Shown here in pieces: positions 8,642 through 18,974 of a stretch of 64,000 nucleotides of DNA. The notes beneath the pieces were generated by a model. That model had not been told where the DNA came from and made no database searches. It worked only from the letters and a program-made list of their open reading frames with translations. The DNA is taken from NCBI GenBank assembly GCA_050294405.1, contig JBNKOC010000028.1, positions 256,001 to 320,000 of the forward strand, read 5' to 3'. This DNA comes from Fibrobacteria bacterium. GTDB taxonomy: Bacteria > Fibrobacterota > Fibrobacteria > UBA11236 > JADFYW01. How positions within the stretch are numbered: position 1 is the stretch's first letter; each line of letters starts with the position of its first letter. Made by a program: the position numbers and the translations under genes.

Positions 8642-11600
8642 TGGCAGCACCTGAACCCTACTTCTTCGGAAGAAGTATTAATGACACTGGGAAAATCCAA
8701 ATTACAGGATGCCGCTGAGCCCTGATTAAAACTTCCTCCGGCTATAACATGGGCACCTTGTTGTACGTCTTCCACCCATTCCCATACATTACCAATTAAA
8801 TCAAACACACCTTCACTGGAGACGCAGCCGTTGTTTTTGTCTCCTTTGGCCCAGACATTTTTTCCTTCGGTGTTACAATTTTCAGGACTGTATTTATTTC
8901 CATAACCAAAATGATAAGTTTTGGAACTGTAACAGGCTGATTTCCATTCGGACAGTTTGCAAAGCCTTTTGCCTTTTTCAAGACATAACATTTGGGCTTC
9001 TGCCCAGTTGATTTCTGTTTCGGGAACCGCTTTACTATCGCTTACATACTCAACCTTGTCAATGCAAAACTGGCTGCTGTCAGTTAGCACTGCTACCATA
9101 TCTAATGGACAATTTGGATAAACTTTAATGTTATGGGTAATTGTTCCAGAAAGGTCGTCATCGTCTTTTACCTCCAATGTCACTTTTGCTATTTGAGGGA
9201 AGGTGTATTTTGTTGACGCGAAAGGTTCATTTGAAAAAGGCGTATCAAATACTCCATCGTTGTTAAAATCCCAGCGGAACTGTAAAATTTCGAAAGGAGT
9301 TTCTTTGTCGATACTTAAACGGGCATCAAAAGTAATTGGCTTTCCCGAATAGTTTTTCTTTTGTTTGGGCGAAAAGTTAGCTTCAGGCGGAAAGTTAATT
9401 CTATAACTGGCTTTTTGTTTGGGACCGTTATATCCAGTAATATCGGTGGCATAAAACCAAATATCCTTGGATTCCGAAACAATAAGGGGCCTTTTGTAAA
9501 TGGGCGATTTAGGCGAAAGAGAAACAGAGTCAAAGCTGAAATAAACCGTATTGCCTTCTTGAGATCCCAGTTCTATTGAAAGGACCGAATTATATTCTCC
9601 AGGAGGGGGGTCGACAGTAACATACGGGGAAAATAAATCCAACTCGTAAATACTAGTTTCATTATTAGCCCTGTCCACAGCAAAGTATTTTAAAACCTGC
9701 TTTACTTCTCGTTTGATGTTAACTCTCCAATCGGACAGCTTAACAATGGATCCGATTTGATTTGTGCCAGGGGTTTTTGGCGACGATTTATCAAGAGTGT
9801 AGTGTATTATGGCGGGTTCGCTTAACTTAAATATCAGAGTATAAGAACCGCCAATTAAAGATTTTTCCAATAGGGGAACGATTTGGGGGGCCTGCTTGTC
9901 GATAATATACATTTCCTCCCTTATGCCTTGCTCGTTGGAGTTTTCCATATAGTAACTAACAATGTATGTTCCTGAATATTTTAGCTCCAGAGGAGCCTGG
10001 TAAAAGGAATATTCTGGATTTAACTCCACTCCATCTTTTGACAGTTTGTAATATATTTCTCCCCGTTTTTGTGGCTTTAGGCTAATGTTTAGTGTCTTGT
10101 TATAAATACCCCCTGAAGGGCTTATAGCAATGGCGGGATTCAGAAAATCTGTAAGGGATACAGGCTCGCTGGTATTGTTTAATTTATCAATGGCAATAAA
10201 AGACAATTCACTGCCAGGCTTTACTTCTATTTCCTGGTTGTATTTTAAAGAATTACGACTGGGTTTTTGACCGTTTAAGCTGTAATAAATTTCAGCAGGT
10301 TCATTGGCTTCGAAAATTAAAAGGGAATTATCGGAAGTAGCCAATTTCTTGAGCCGGTATGTTACTTTGGGAGCTTTGGTGTCAATTAAAAACTCCAAAT
10401 CCTGTTTAGGTGTGGAATTGCCAGCCATATCTTTGGCATAAATATGCAACTTGTTTACCCCTTCTTTAGAAAGATCCAGTTTTAAGAAAGGGCCGGCCTG
10501 TGATTTTTGAAGGTGAGATGCCTCCTTTTCATTCAAGCTGTAAACAATTTGGCAGGCCTCATTACACCTAAACTCAATGGGTGTAGTTTTTGAAAATTCG
10601 TATTGATTAGGTGTAAATGTTAGTGTAGGCGGCTCAACATCGGAACTGGCTTTAAACCCGGCCAGAGGGGATTCGTTCCCGATGGTATCCACGGCGAAAA
10701 AACGTATGGGCAAAATGCCATCTTTAGGAAGCGGAATTGGCTTTTTGTATTTTTCACTTCCCAGGGTAGGAGTAGAGCCATCTGTAGTAAAAAATATGAC
10801 CCCTGGCTCGTTGGAACTGAGTTTTGCTGATTTGCTTTTTAAATCCACAAAGTATTTAACTGAAGGTGGGGTAGCATCTACGGTAATGTGATAGCTTTCT
10901 ATTTCGGACTTCATGTTGGCGATATTACTGGCGTAAATTCTGAGATGGTGTTTGCCTTCTCCCAATTGGATAAATTTTTCCACTGGCTTAAAGGCGGATT
11001 GGGGGGCGAGCGGGTCGGTAGTATAAAAGGCCTGTGTGGCTTTTTCCAGCTCAACTTGAAGCTTTGGTTCGTAGTTAAATTTTCTTTGCTGGGTGGTAAG
11101 ACGCGCTTTAGGAGGTTCCAAAAGAATGATGTATTTGGCGGAGTAAACATCTGTTGAAAAATTGTCGTTATAAACCACTTTATAATACAAGGTGCTGGTT
11201 TTATTTAGCATTATTTTCTGAGATTTATATGTTTGTAAGCCCTTGGGGTTATCCAAGGCGTATTGTATCTCCCCTTTTTTTAATTTCGGAAAACTGATGA
11301 AAATAACAGAATCGTAAATTCCCTCCGGTAAGCTTGGTTCAGGCAAATCTTGCGAATAGCCTTTGGGGGGGGTTAGCTTAAATTGAAAAGGTCCGAAAAA
11401 TTTTTCTTCTCCCAAAGGGTTTTCATACAAGAACCTAATAGAATAGTTTTTTGGAGATCGGAGCCTTATAATTCCCTTATAGAGGCTGCTGTTTTTACTG
11501 GGGACTTCCCCATTTACATCGTAGTAAAGTTTTCCTTCGTAAATCGTTAATATTTTAATATTAAGAGGCGCCGGGTAACTTCCTGGTTTTTGATCCAACT

Positions 11601-11703
11601 CCAGAGAATCCAGGCGGCTGCCATAACTGTTTTGGGTTATAAACAAGCCCAGCCAGATTAAAGTGGCTATTTTTGCAAAGGATGTTAATTTAAACTTTGG
11701 CAT
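8638..11703 (-). CDS. Exported multidomain protein: about 9 chitobiase/beta-hexosaminidase C-terminal (Fn3-associated) repeats, a PKD domain and an FGE-sulfatase (C-type lectin fold) domain
   Basis: Repeated P.G.Y...IYY(T/S)(L/T)DG..P motifs; PKD (ITFDARLS.D...FRWDFNNDG); FGE motifs (GKRLCKLSEW, GVFDLIGNVWEWV, GGSF, GFRCC). TGATG overlap at the start. Confidence 0.82.
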   Translation of the reverse strand: MPKFKLTSFAKIATLIWLGLFITQNSYGSRLDSLELDQKPGSYPAPLNIKILTIYEGKLYYDVNGEVPSKNSSLYKGIIRLRSPKNYSIRFLYENPLGEEKFFGPFQFKLTPPKGYSQDLPEPSLPEGIYDSVIFISFPKLKKGEIQYALDNPKGLQTYKSQKIMLNKTSTLYYKVVYNDNFSTDVYSAKYIILLEPPKARLTTQQRKFNYEPKLQVELEKATQAFYTTDPLAPQSAFKPVEKFIQLGEGKHHLRIYASNIANMKSEIESYHITVDATPPSVKYFVDLKSKSAKLSSNEPGVIFFTTDGSTPTLGSEKYKKPIPLPKDGILPIRFFAVDTIGNESPLAGFKASSDVEPPTLTFTPNQYEFSKTTPIEFRCNEACQIVYSLNEKEASHLQKSQAGPFLKLDLSKEGVNKLHIYAKDMAGNSTPKQDLEFLIDTKAPKVTYRLKKLATSDNSLLIFEANEPAEIYYSLNGQKPSRNSLKYNQEIEVKPGSELSFIAIDKLNNTSEPVSLTDFLNPAIAISPSGGIYNKTLNISLKPQKRGEIYYKLSKDGVELNPEYSFYQAPLELKYSGTYIVSYYMENSNEQGIREEMYIIDKQAPQIVPLLEKSLIGGSYTLIFKLSEPAIIHYTLDKSSPKTPGTNQIGSIVKLSDWRVNIKREVKQVLKYFAVDRANNETSIYELDLFSPYVTVDPPPGEYNSVLSIELGSQEGNTVYFSFDSVSLSPKSPIYKRPLIVSESKDIWFYATDITGYNGPKQKASYRINFPPEANFSPKQKKNYSGKPITFDARLSIDKETPFEILQFRWDFNNDGVFDTPFSNEPFASTKYTFPQIAKVTLEVKDDDDLSGTITHNIKVYPNCPLDMVAVLTDSSQFCIDKVEYVSDSKAVPETEINWAEAQMLCLEKGKRLCKLSEWKSACYSSKTYHFGYGNKYSPENCNTEGKNVWAKGDKNNGCVSSEGVFDLIGNVWEWVEDVQQGAHVIAGGSFNQGSAASCNLDFPSVINTSSEEVGFRCCQ

Positions 11704-13904
11704 CAATAACTTATTAAATTGTCAATATCCTTTTGAACCAGCGCTTTGTCTTCTTCCGATTCCACAACCAATAGGGCTTTTTCCAATAGCATTTTTGCTT
11801 CGTCTTTATTTACTTGTACCAGTCTTTTGTATTTGGCCAGATAATAATAACATTCCCAGTTACGGGGTAAGTTTTTAACAGCCTCTTCCAGGTAAAAATT
11901 GGCCAGGGAGTCGGCTCCAATTCTTCTGGTTCTTCCCAGTACAATTTGCTCTGTGAAGGATTTGCCCAGTATCAATTGCGCCTGTGGGGCGACCTCTTCA
12001 TACCGCAATAGTTTTTCACTAACATCGATTGCTTCCTTAAAATATTTATTTTCAAAATAACTGGAAGAAAGCTCTAACTGAATATCGGGAGAGTTGGTAA
12101 AGTGTTCGGCCACATATTTCCATTGCTCCGTTGCAGACCTATCGTCTTTTTCCACAATAAAGCACTTGGCTAAAAGCAGACGTTGTCTATAGGCAGATGG
12201 GTTTTGATCGATAATTTCCATTAAATAGTTTATAGCTTCCGTATTTTCCCGCAAATTTATGGCGTGGTAGGCCAGGCGTGTTAAGGCCGAAACATTTTCC
12301 GGATCCAGTTCTAAAATTTTATTTAGGAGTTCATACTCTTTTTGAACTTTTTTTTGTGCCGAGTACACCTGGCTTAAATTCAAAAGTATTACGGTATCTG
12401 CCTGAGTTAGGCTCATAGCTTTTTTAAAATACCTTTCAGCGGCCTGATAGTTTTTAAGGTTTAATTCCAGGGCCCCTAAATTGACCAATGCGGGAACAAA
12501 TTCGGGATTGTCTTTTAAGGCTAATTCCAAATATTTTTTTCCTATTTCTTTGGATTTGCCTTGGGACAATTCCAGGGCGGCTAAATTAACATATGAGTCC
12601 ACAGTACCCATATCCAGATCGACATTGGCTTTAAAAAGGTTTTGGGCTTTCTCCAGCCATCCCAGTTTTTGATAACATATGCCTAAATTTATGCGGGCCG
12701 GGTAGAAATCAGGAAATTTGCTGAGCAGGTTGCTAAAAATGGAAATGGCCTCGTCCATGTTATTACTTTCCCGCAGGGTTATTCCATAATAGAGGCGATA
12801 CATTTTGTTACTGGGCGCAAATTCCACCAATTTTTGAAAATAGGGTATGGCGCTTTGGTAGTCTCCGTTAATGCTGTAAAGTTCGCCCAGGGTTAAATAG
12901 TATTCCAACACGGATGGGTTCACATGTATGGCAGATATAACGTAGGAAATACCCCTTGTAGCGGCGCCAATTTCCTTGTAATAGTTGCCATAGGCGAATT
13001 CCAAATCGGCTACCGGTTCCGAATGAAACTGCTTGGCTAGCTTAAGGGATTCAAAGGCTTGTTGGGATTTCCCTTTTTTTAATAAGAGATTGGCTTTTAA
13101 AATTTCAATTTGCCAGGAAATAGGGTGGCCAGCATCATAGGGAAAATTAAGCTTTTTAATGGCGCTGTCGATGCGTCCTGTTTTGTAATGACTCAAGGAT
13201 AAAAAATATTGGGCCTCCACAAAATTGGAGTCCAGTTCAAGAGCCCTTTCCAGGGGGTAAAAGGCCTTCTTGTAATTTTTGTGAATGATGTATCGATAAC
13301 CCAGGGCAAAACAACCATAGGCGGACAGGTTTTGGGAAGGCGCCTTTTCGATAAAATCATAAACCTTGGGAGAACTCTCTTTAAATTCCTGGTAAATTTT
13401 TTCCACCACAGAGATAATAAATTGGGAAGGGGAATTCGCAGGGCCTTTTAAAACTATGGTTTTGGCAGATAGGCTATCCCCTTTTGGTAAAAAGGTGATT
13501 TTTGCCCGGAGCTCCTGGTTTTCCAATTTATAAAGAGTGTTTACCAAATAATCCAGCTTCAAATTTTCGGAAACCATTACCAGGCATTCTCTGGGTTCTT
13601 TGTATGGGCAATTGTCCAGCAACTCGTTTAGTTGTTCGGGATGTGGGGCGTACAGTTTTTTGGTGTAATGGCTGGATTGGTAAAAACGCTCTTCAATAGC
13701 AGCCCCAATCCAAAGTAAATGGGCTGTGGTGGAAACAAGTCTGGGGGGAAGTAGCCCCAGCCCGAGGGCAGATGAAGGAAGGTCTTTTGTAAATTCCACA
13801 GGGTTAAGAGGCTTAGACCAGGATTTTTCCAAAGTCAGAACCAGGCAAAACAAAAAAATTGCCCCCCTGGGTATGGCGCTCTTTCCCAATATGCTAACTT
13901 TCAT
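11703..13904 (-). CDS. Exported TPR protein with a TolB-N/CsgG-like N-terminal domain
   Basis: Likely start is ATG 13904 (the longer ORF overlaps murJ); hydrophobic signal; SQNLSAY..FALG motif followed by many TPRs. Confidence 0.78.
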   Translation of the reverse strand: MKVSILGKSAIPRGAIFLFCLVLTLEKSWSKPLNPVEFTKDLPSSALGLGLLPPRLVSTTAHLLWIGAAIEERFYQSSHYTKKLYAPHPEQLNELLDNCPYKEPRECLVMVSENLKLDYLVNTLYKLENQELRAKITFLPKGDSLSAKTIVLKGPANSPSQFIISVVEKIYQEFKESSPKVYDFIEKAPSQNLSAYGCFALGYRYIIHKNYKKAFYPLERALELDSNFVEAQYFLSLSHYKTGRIDSAIKKLNFPYDAGHPISWQIEILKANLLLKKGKSQQAFESLKLAKQFHSEPVADLEFAYGNYYKEIGAATRGISYVISAIHVNPSVLEYYLTLGELYSINGDYQSAIPYFQKLVEFAPSNKMYRLYYGITLRESNNMDEAISIFSNLLSKFPDFYPARINLGICYQKLGWLEKAQNLFKANVDLDMGTVDSYVNLAALELSQGKSKEIGKKYLELALKDNPEFVPALVNLGALELNLKNYQAAERYFKKAMSLTQADTVILLNLSQVYSAQKKVQKEYELLNKILELDPENVSALTRLAYHAINLRENTEAINYLMEIIDQNPSAYRQRLLLAKCFIVEKDDRSATEQWKYVAEHFTNSPDIQLELSSSYFENKYFKEAIDVSEKLLRYEEVAPQAQLILGKSFTEQIVLGRTRRIGADSLANFYLEEAVKNLPRNWECYYYLAKYKRLVQVNKDEAKMLLEKALLVVESEEDKALVQKDIDNLISY

Positions 13905-13974
13905 TTTCCCGGAAAATAAATTTCTACGGTGATTAAAAGGACAATGCTTTTCTATTATCTTAAACCGAACACAA

Positions 13975-15543
13975 ATGGCTAGTACTAGTTCAAAAATCCG
14001 CAGAGGAACCATTATTATTGCTGTCTCAGTAGTGCTGAGTCGTGTGTTGGGTATTCTAAGAGAAGTTTTAATAGCAGGTCTTGTGGGCATTGATGTTCAA
14101 AAAAATGCCTATGACTTGGCATTTTTGCTTCCAGATATTATTAATCATTTAATATCTACGGGGTATTTGTCTATAACTTTTATACCCATTTTTACCGGCT
14201 TTCTTGTTAAAGATGAATCCGAGCGGGCTTGGAAATTTTTTTCCAACATTTTAAATGTGCTTGGGCTAGCCCTAATAGTTCTTTCCATTTTTGCCTGGAT
14301 TTTTGCTAAGGAATTTATTTTGCTTCTGGCCTCTTCCAACCCAGATGCGGACACTTTGCAATTGGCCGTGCGGTTTTCCAGAATAGTCATTCCCGCTCAG
14401 GCCTTTTTCTTTTATGGCGCCATTTTTACGGCTATTCAACACATTCAGCAAAGGTTCTTTTTACCCTCTTTAATCGGGCTTATTTATAATCTTTCCATAA
14501 TACTCGGGGGAGTAATTGGAGCCAGGCATGGTTTGGAAGGCTTTGCCTGGGGGGTTTTGGCTGGCGCTTTTGTTGGAAGTTTCGCACTGCAAATTTTCGG
14601 AGCTGTAAAAGCCAAAGCCAAATTTTATTTTGTGTTCAAGCCCCGGGATAAAGACTTGCTGCGCTTTTTAAAAATCACCATTCCCCTGGTTTTAGGGCTG
14701 GGTGCTGTATTTACCATGGAGTTTGTGTACCGTTCTTTTGGCAGCCAATTTGGGCAAGAAGGCATAGCCCTTCTTAGCTATTCCTACCGCATCATGTTCA
14801 CTTTGGTGGCTGTTTTTGGCTTTGCCATTGGGGTGGCCTCTTATCCCACCTTGGCAAAAATGGCTAAAAACGAAGAATATGTGGAAATAAATTTTATTCT
14901 CTACGACACCTTAATAAAAATTTTGGCCTTACTTGCCCCGACTTTTCTGGTTTTTTGGTTTGGCGCCGAACAAATTGTCCATCTGTTGTTTAAGCGGGGA
15001 GCTTTTGACGCAGATGCAGTAGTTGAAGTGGCCGGGCTTTTGAAGTGGTATATGTGGGGAGTTTTTGCCATGAGCTCCCAAATATTGGTGGTACGCTGTT
15101 TTTATGCCTTTGAAAAAACCTGGCTGCCTGCTATTGTAAACACCCTGCTTTTTGCTGTTTTTTTGCCTTTTTATCCGTATTTTGGTCAAAAATACGGAAT
15201 CCAAGCGGTGCCTATTTTATCTGTAATCAGCTCTTCATTGCAGGTGTTTGTGCTGTTGGGTTATTGGATACGTTTTTCGGGCTGGGCTCATTTTCCCGGA
15301 TTTATCTGGAATACTTTAAAAATTGCCCTTTGTTTTGGAATAGGCTTTATTGCCTTGGCCCTCATTATGCGACCTATGGATGATTTTTTGGCCTACCCCC
15401 ATTTTATTTTATTTGTTTATCTGAGTGTTTTTTCTGTGGCTGTCTTTGGACTCCAATTTATTTTACAATTGCTTTTTAAAGTATCTTGTACCCGAGAGAT
15501 GATTTTGGTAGTTCTTAAAAGAGCAGGGATTATCCACCACTAG
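13975..15543 (+). CDS. murJ: Lipid II flippase MurJ (MviN)
   Basis: SRVLGILRE, AYDLAFLLPD and FIPIF motifs; about 14 TM segments. Confidence 0.93.
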   Translation: MASTSSKIRRGTIIIAVSVVLSRVLGILREVLIAGLVGIDVQKNAYDLAFLLPDIINHLISTGYLSITFIPIFTGFLVKDESERAWKFFSNILNVLGLALIVLSIFAWIFAKEFILLLASSNPDADTLQLAVRFSRIVIPAQAFFFYGAIFTAIQHIQQRFFLPSLIGLIYNLSIILGGVIGARHGLEGFAWGVLAGAFVGSFALQIFGAVKAKAKFYFVFKPRDKDLLRFLKITIPLVLGLGAVFTMEFVYRSFGSQFGQEGIALLSYSYRIMFTLVAVFGFAIGVASYPTLAKMAKNEEYVEINFILYDTLIKILALLAPTFLVFWFGAEQIVHLLFKRGAFDADAVVEVAGLLKWYMWGVFAMSSQILVVRCFYAFEKTWLPAIVNTLLFAVFLPFYPYFGQKYGIQAVPILSVISSSLQVFVLLGYWIRFSGWAHFPGFIWNTLKIALCFGIGFIALALIMRPMDDFLAYPHFILFVYLSVFSVAVFGLQFILQLLFKVSCTREMILVVLKRAGIIHH

Positions 15544-15553
15544 AGGGAATGTT

Positions 15554-17401
15554 TTGATGATTGTTAAATCCGGATTGTGTTTTCATGTTAACAGTGCTTT
15601 GGTGATTTTTTTTCTGGTTTTGAGCAATGCCCAAGGGGCTAAAACCAAAACCTGGGATTCCATACTAAACAGCTATCAATCGGGGAACTTAACCCAGTTA
15701 AAAGGCCAAATAGATAAAATCAGCAATTGGAAAAAAAAGCCCAGTTATTATCGCGAGGCCCTGATAGTGGGTATTGATAGCCACCTGCGCAATGGAAAAA
15801 CCGATGAGGCCAGGCGATACTTAAAAATGTATCGGGTGGAATATTCGGATACTGTATACAACGACAGGGTACTTTATTACGAATCCATTCTTTTATTAAA
15901 AGAAGGTTTGTTATTTCCTGCGGCACAAAATCTGGTTCAGATTATTAACAATACCAGCTCCAAGACCATGTTTGAATTTGCTAAAAGCCACTTAATGGAA
16001 TTAAGCCAAAAATCATTATTGGATGAAGGCGAAATTCAGTCGATTTTGGAAGAACTAAAATTTGATGAAGAATTAATATCTCAAATTTTATTTGATCTGG
16101 CCTCCCGACAAGAGGAGAAAAGCAGATACAAGGCGGCCGCAATAACCTATGATATGTGGCTGCACTATTTCAAAGGCAACCCTCAAACCAGCGCGGTAAA
16201 GAGCAAGTTGAGAAAGCTCAAGGGTAAAAAAGGGCCTCACCAGACTATTCTTGTGATGGCTCCCATCACAGGCATATACATGGATGTGGGCAAGGCTTTG
16301 GTCCAGGGCGTGCTTTTGCCCTTGGAAAACCTCAAAGAAAAATTTCCCGATTTGCAGTACAAAATCATTGATACGGAAGGCGACCCTTTAAAGACAGTTA
16401 AAAAGCTGCGCAGAAATCTTCAGGAAGAAAATGTGGTGGGCATTATTGGCCCTGCCATGAGTGATGTATGTATTGCTGTTGCGGTGGAACTAAGCAGCAA
16501 ACGCAGTAAAATTCCTATGGTAACGCCCACCGCTACCACCGAGGGAATAAGCGACTTAGGCCCCGGGATATTTCAGCTCAATGTTACTACCTATGCCTTG
16601 GGAAAAAAAATATCCGATTATGCTTTTAAATGTTTGAATCTAAAGGAATACGCTATTTTAGCCCCTAATTCAGACTACGGTATCGGACTTGCCAACTCCT
16701 TTAGTGAAAATATTGAATCCATGGGGGGACAGGTTATCGCCCATGAATATTACGATCCCGGAGCAAAAGATTACACCGGGCATTTTAATGTGATCCGCCA
16801 TAGAAAGGTTAAATCCGAATTAAAAAAACTGAATTTGCTAAGTCCTTCCGGAGATCCAAAAATAACAGATAGGGAACTTTCCAAGTGGTATGAAGATTCG
16901 GTTCTTAATATTGAAGGGTTGTTTATCGCCGCTTCCGATGGAGAGGAGGCCCAAAAACTGGCTTCCCAATCCCGTTTTCACAAATTAAAATCATACATAT
17001 TGGGTTCCAGCGGATGGCACGATAAGGGTTTGTTTTTAAACGGAATGAGAAACTTAACCGGGGTCGTTTTCAGCCTGGAATTTTTTGCAGATGAGGATAC
17101 AGAAGTCTGGAAAAAGTTTTCCACGGATTACAGAAAGCGCTGGTCTGAAAGCCCCAACAAGGTGGCTGGACTGGGTTACGATGCAGCTTTGTTTGTGGAA
17201 CAGGGGCTGCTAAAATCCCGGAACCCCGAAGATTTGTATTCCTCTCTTAGGAACGTTCAAAGTTTTCAGGGAACAAGAGGTAACATAACCATGGATACCC
17301 GTTACGGGTACAACAAGTCTTCTTCCCTGGTGCAAATAGAAAAACGCGGTTTTAAGCAAATCGAAGGTTGTGAAGAAAACGCTAAGGCGTCAGCGAAGTG
17401 A
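15554..17401 (+). CDS. Penicillin-binding protein activator LpoA/LppC-like protein (TPR N-terminus plus type 1 periplasmic-binding fold)
   Basis: APITG.Y...G, GIIGP, YGIGLANSF, AGLGYDAA and FQGTRGNI motifs; directly follows murJ. Confidence 0.7.
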   Translation: MMIVKSGLCFHVNSALVIFFLVLSNAQGAKTKTWDSILNSYQSGNLTQLKGQIDKISNWKKKPSYYREALIVGIDSHLRNGKTDEARRYLKMYRVEYSDTVYNDRVLYYESILLLKEGLLFPAAQNLVQIINNTSSKTMFEFAKSHLMELSQKSLLDEGEIQSILEELKFDEELISQILFDLASRQEEKSRYKAAAITYDMWLHYFKGNPQTSAVKSKLRKLKGKKGPHQTILVMAPITGIYMDVGKALVQGVLLPLENLKEKFPDLQYKIIDTEGDPLKTVKKLRRNLQEENVVGIIGPAMSDVCIAVAVELSSKRSKIPMVTPTATTEGISDLGPGIFQLNVTTYALGKKISDYAFKCLNLKEYAILAPNSDYGIGLANSFSENIESMGGQVIAHEYYDPGAKDYTGHFNVIRHRKVKSELKKLNLLSPSGDPKITDRELSKWYEDSVLNIEGLFIAASDGEEAQKLASQSRFHKLKSYILGSSGWHDKGLFLNGMRNLTGVVFSLEFFADEDTEVWKKFSTDYRKRWSESPNKVAGLGYDAALFVEQGLLKSRNPEDLYSSLRNVQSFQGTRGNITMDTRYGYNKSSSLVQIEKRGFKQIEGCEENAKASAK

Positions 17402-18455
17402 AATGATTTTTCATATTTTCACTAAGATGCTGGTTGCCTGCTGAATCCACAATAAAAACCTCATACTCATCGCTGGACGCAGCCCATTTTAGGACACTGT
17501 CTATGGGCTGTAAAAAGAAATAAGTGGCATAATAATCTGCCCACAAGGCATTTTTGGCAAGCACAGTGAGGCTTTGTTTGTCAGTAATGGGCTCTCCGGT
17601 TATGGCATTTATCAGGTGGTGCCATCTTTTTCCATCCATCATTTTATAATTTTCATAATCTCCCGATGTTGCCAGACCAAAGAGCTTATCAGAGGTGGAT
17701 TGTACCACTCCAATCAAGTTTTTGTTTTCATTGGGCCTTGGGTTTTGAATGCCGATTTTCCATGCATCTCCAGAGCGGTTATGCCCTTTTAAAGCCAAGT
17801 CTCCTCCGGCATTAATGAGGTAATTTTCAATTCCGGCTTCATCAAACATTTTTTGCAGTACCATTATGCCATAACCTTTCACAATGGCTCCCATGCTAAC
17901 ATGCAGAGAATCCACCTCTAAAGAAAGGCTGGAGTCTTTTTGATTAAACTGGAAAAAAGATGTTTGTAAAATTTGAATTAAGCTGTCTTTTGGATAGATG
18001 GATTTTTCAGGTTCCCCCTCCCGCAAGTCGTAGTGTATTAGCCATTCGGACGAACCCAGTGAAAAATTGGGGATACCTTTTTCCTTATTTTCTTTAAGTC
18101 TCTCTAACATAAATTCAAATAAGGCATAGATTTCAGAAGGAATTTTTACAGATGTATGTTTGGGGCTGGATTTTAATTTGTAAAAGGGATGCCAGCTATT
18201 GGACTCTGAAAAAGAGGAATCAAACCAGTTTATGGCGCTGTCCAGCATTTCCGATGTAAGTTGGGGGGCTTCACTATTGTCGTACCAGGTGCACTCAATG
18301 TAGGTGTGGTAACCCATTTTGGAAAAGCTGTGCCAGCCCGGAACTTCCTGATGTGGCTTTCGGGTAAATATTACAATGGCTATTAATATGGCTACAATGG
18401 CAAAGCCAAAACTTCGTTTTTTGAAATAATTAATCATGGGGCTGGGCAAAAACAA
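17382..18455 (-). CDS. apbE: FAD:protein FMN transferase (ApbE family)
   Basis: GAIVKGY, INAGGD, WKIGIQNP, ATSGDYE, HHLIN..TG; the start may be ATG 18437. Confidence 0.88.
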   Translation of the reverse strand: MFLPSPMINYFKKRSFGFAIVAILIAIVIFTRKPHQEVPGWHSFSKMGYHTYIECTWYDNSEAPQLTSEMLDSAINWFDSSFSESNSWHPFYKLKSSPKHTSVKIPSEIYALFEFMLERLKENKEKGIPNFSLGSSEWLIHYDLREGEPEKSIYPKDSLIQILQTSFFQFNQKDSSLSLEVDSLHVSMGAIVKGYGIMVLQKMFDEAGIENYLINAGGDLALKGHNRSGDAWKIGIQNPRPNENKNLIGVVQSTSDKLFGLATSGDYENYKMMDGKRWHHLINAITGEPITDKQSLTVLAKNALWADYYATYFFLQPIDSVLKWAASSDEYEVFIVDSAGNQHLSENMKNHFTSLTP

Positions 18456-18473
18456 ATAAGGCTTTGAGAAGCG

Positions 18474-18965
18474 CTAATATTCGGAAATATTGTTTGTCTC
18501 CAAGGTTTTTTCGCTTCTCTTTTCGGGCTCCATGGCCTGGAGCCAATCCATTTGACTTTGTAAAAAGTTTTTAAAGCGGATAAAATAGTTGAGCTTTTGA
18601 GTTTCCAAAGTGTTGATTTCTGATTTTAAGGATTTGACCCTTGTCACATATTCATCTAATTCCGTATTGGCTTTTAGTTTGGCCTCTTGCAAAATCAATT
18701 TTGCCTCTTGTTCTGCTTCCCGGCGTTTTTCCTCCAGGGTATTTTGCATGGTCACTACAGCATCCTGAAGGGTTTTTTCAATGAGCTTAAAATGATTGAG
18801 CCGCTCTTCAGTGAGTTTAAGTTTTTCAGAAAGCTGCTTGTTTTCTTTTATTTGTGTTTCCAATTCATCTGCAATGGAATCCAGAGAGGTTTTAACTTCA
18901 GCAGGATCAAAGCCCCGCATTTTCCTGTTGAACTCCAGTTTGCGAATATCCAGTGGCGTTATCAT
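18474..18965 (-). CDS. divIVA: DivIVA domain protein
   Basis: MITPLDIRKLEFNRKMRGFDPAEV N-terminus followed by coiled coil. Confidence 0.9.
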   Translation of the reverse strand: MITPLDIRKLEFNRKMRGFDPAEVKTSLDSIADELETQIKENKQLSEKLKLTEERLNHFKLIEKTLQDAVVTMQNTLEEKRREAEQEAKLILQEAKLKANTELDEYVTRVKSLKSEINTLETQKLNYFIRFKNFLQSQMDWLQAMEPEKRSEKTLETNNISEY

Positions 18966-18974
18966 AAGCTCATC

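Noticed and set aside
8638..8780. A complete DGR cassette
   Set aside because: A CLec-type C-terminus is present, but no reverse transcriptase, avd gene or template repeat was seen in the window
13905..14090. N-terminal extension of the 795-aa TPR ORF
   Set aside because: It overlaps the murJ start on the opposite strand; ATG 13904 followed by a signal peptide is more plausible
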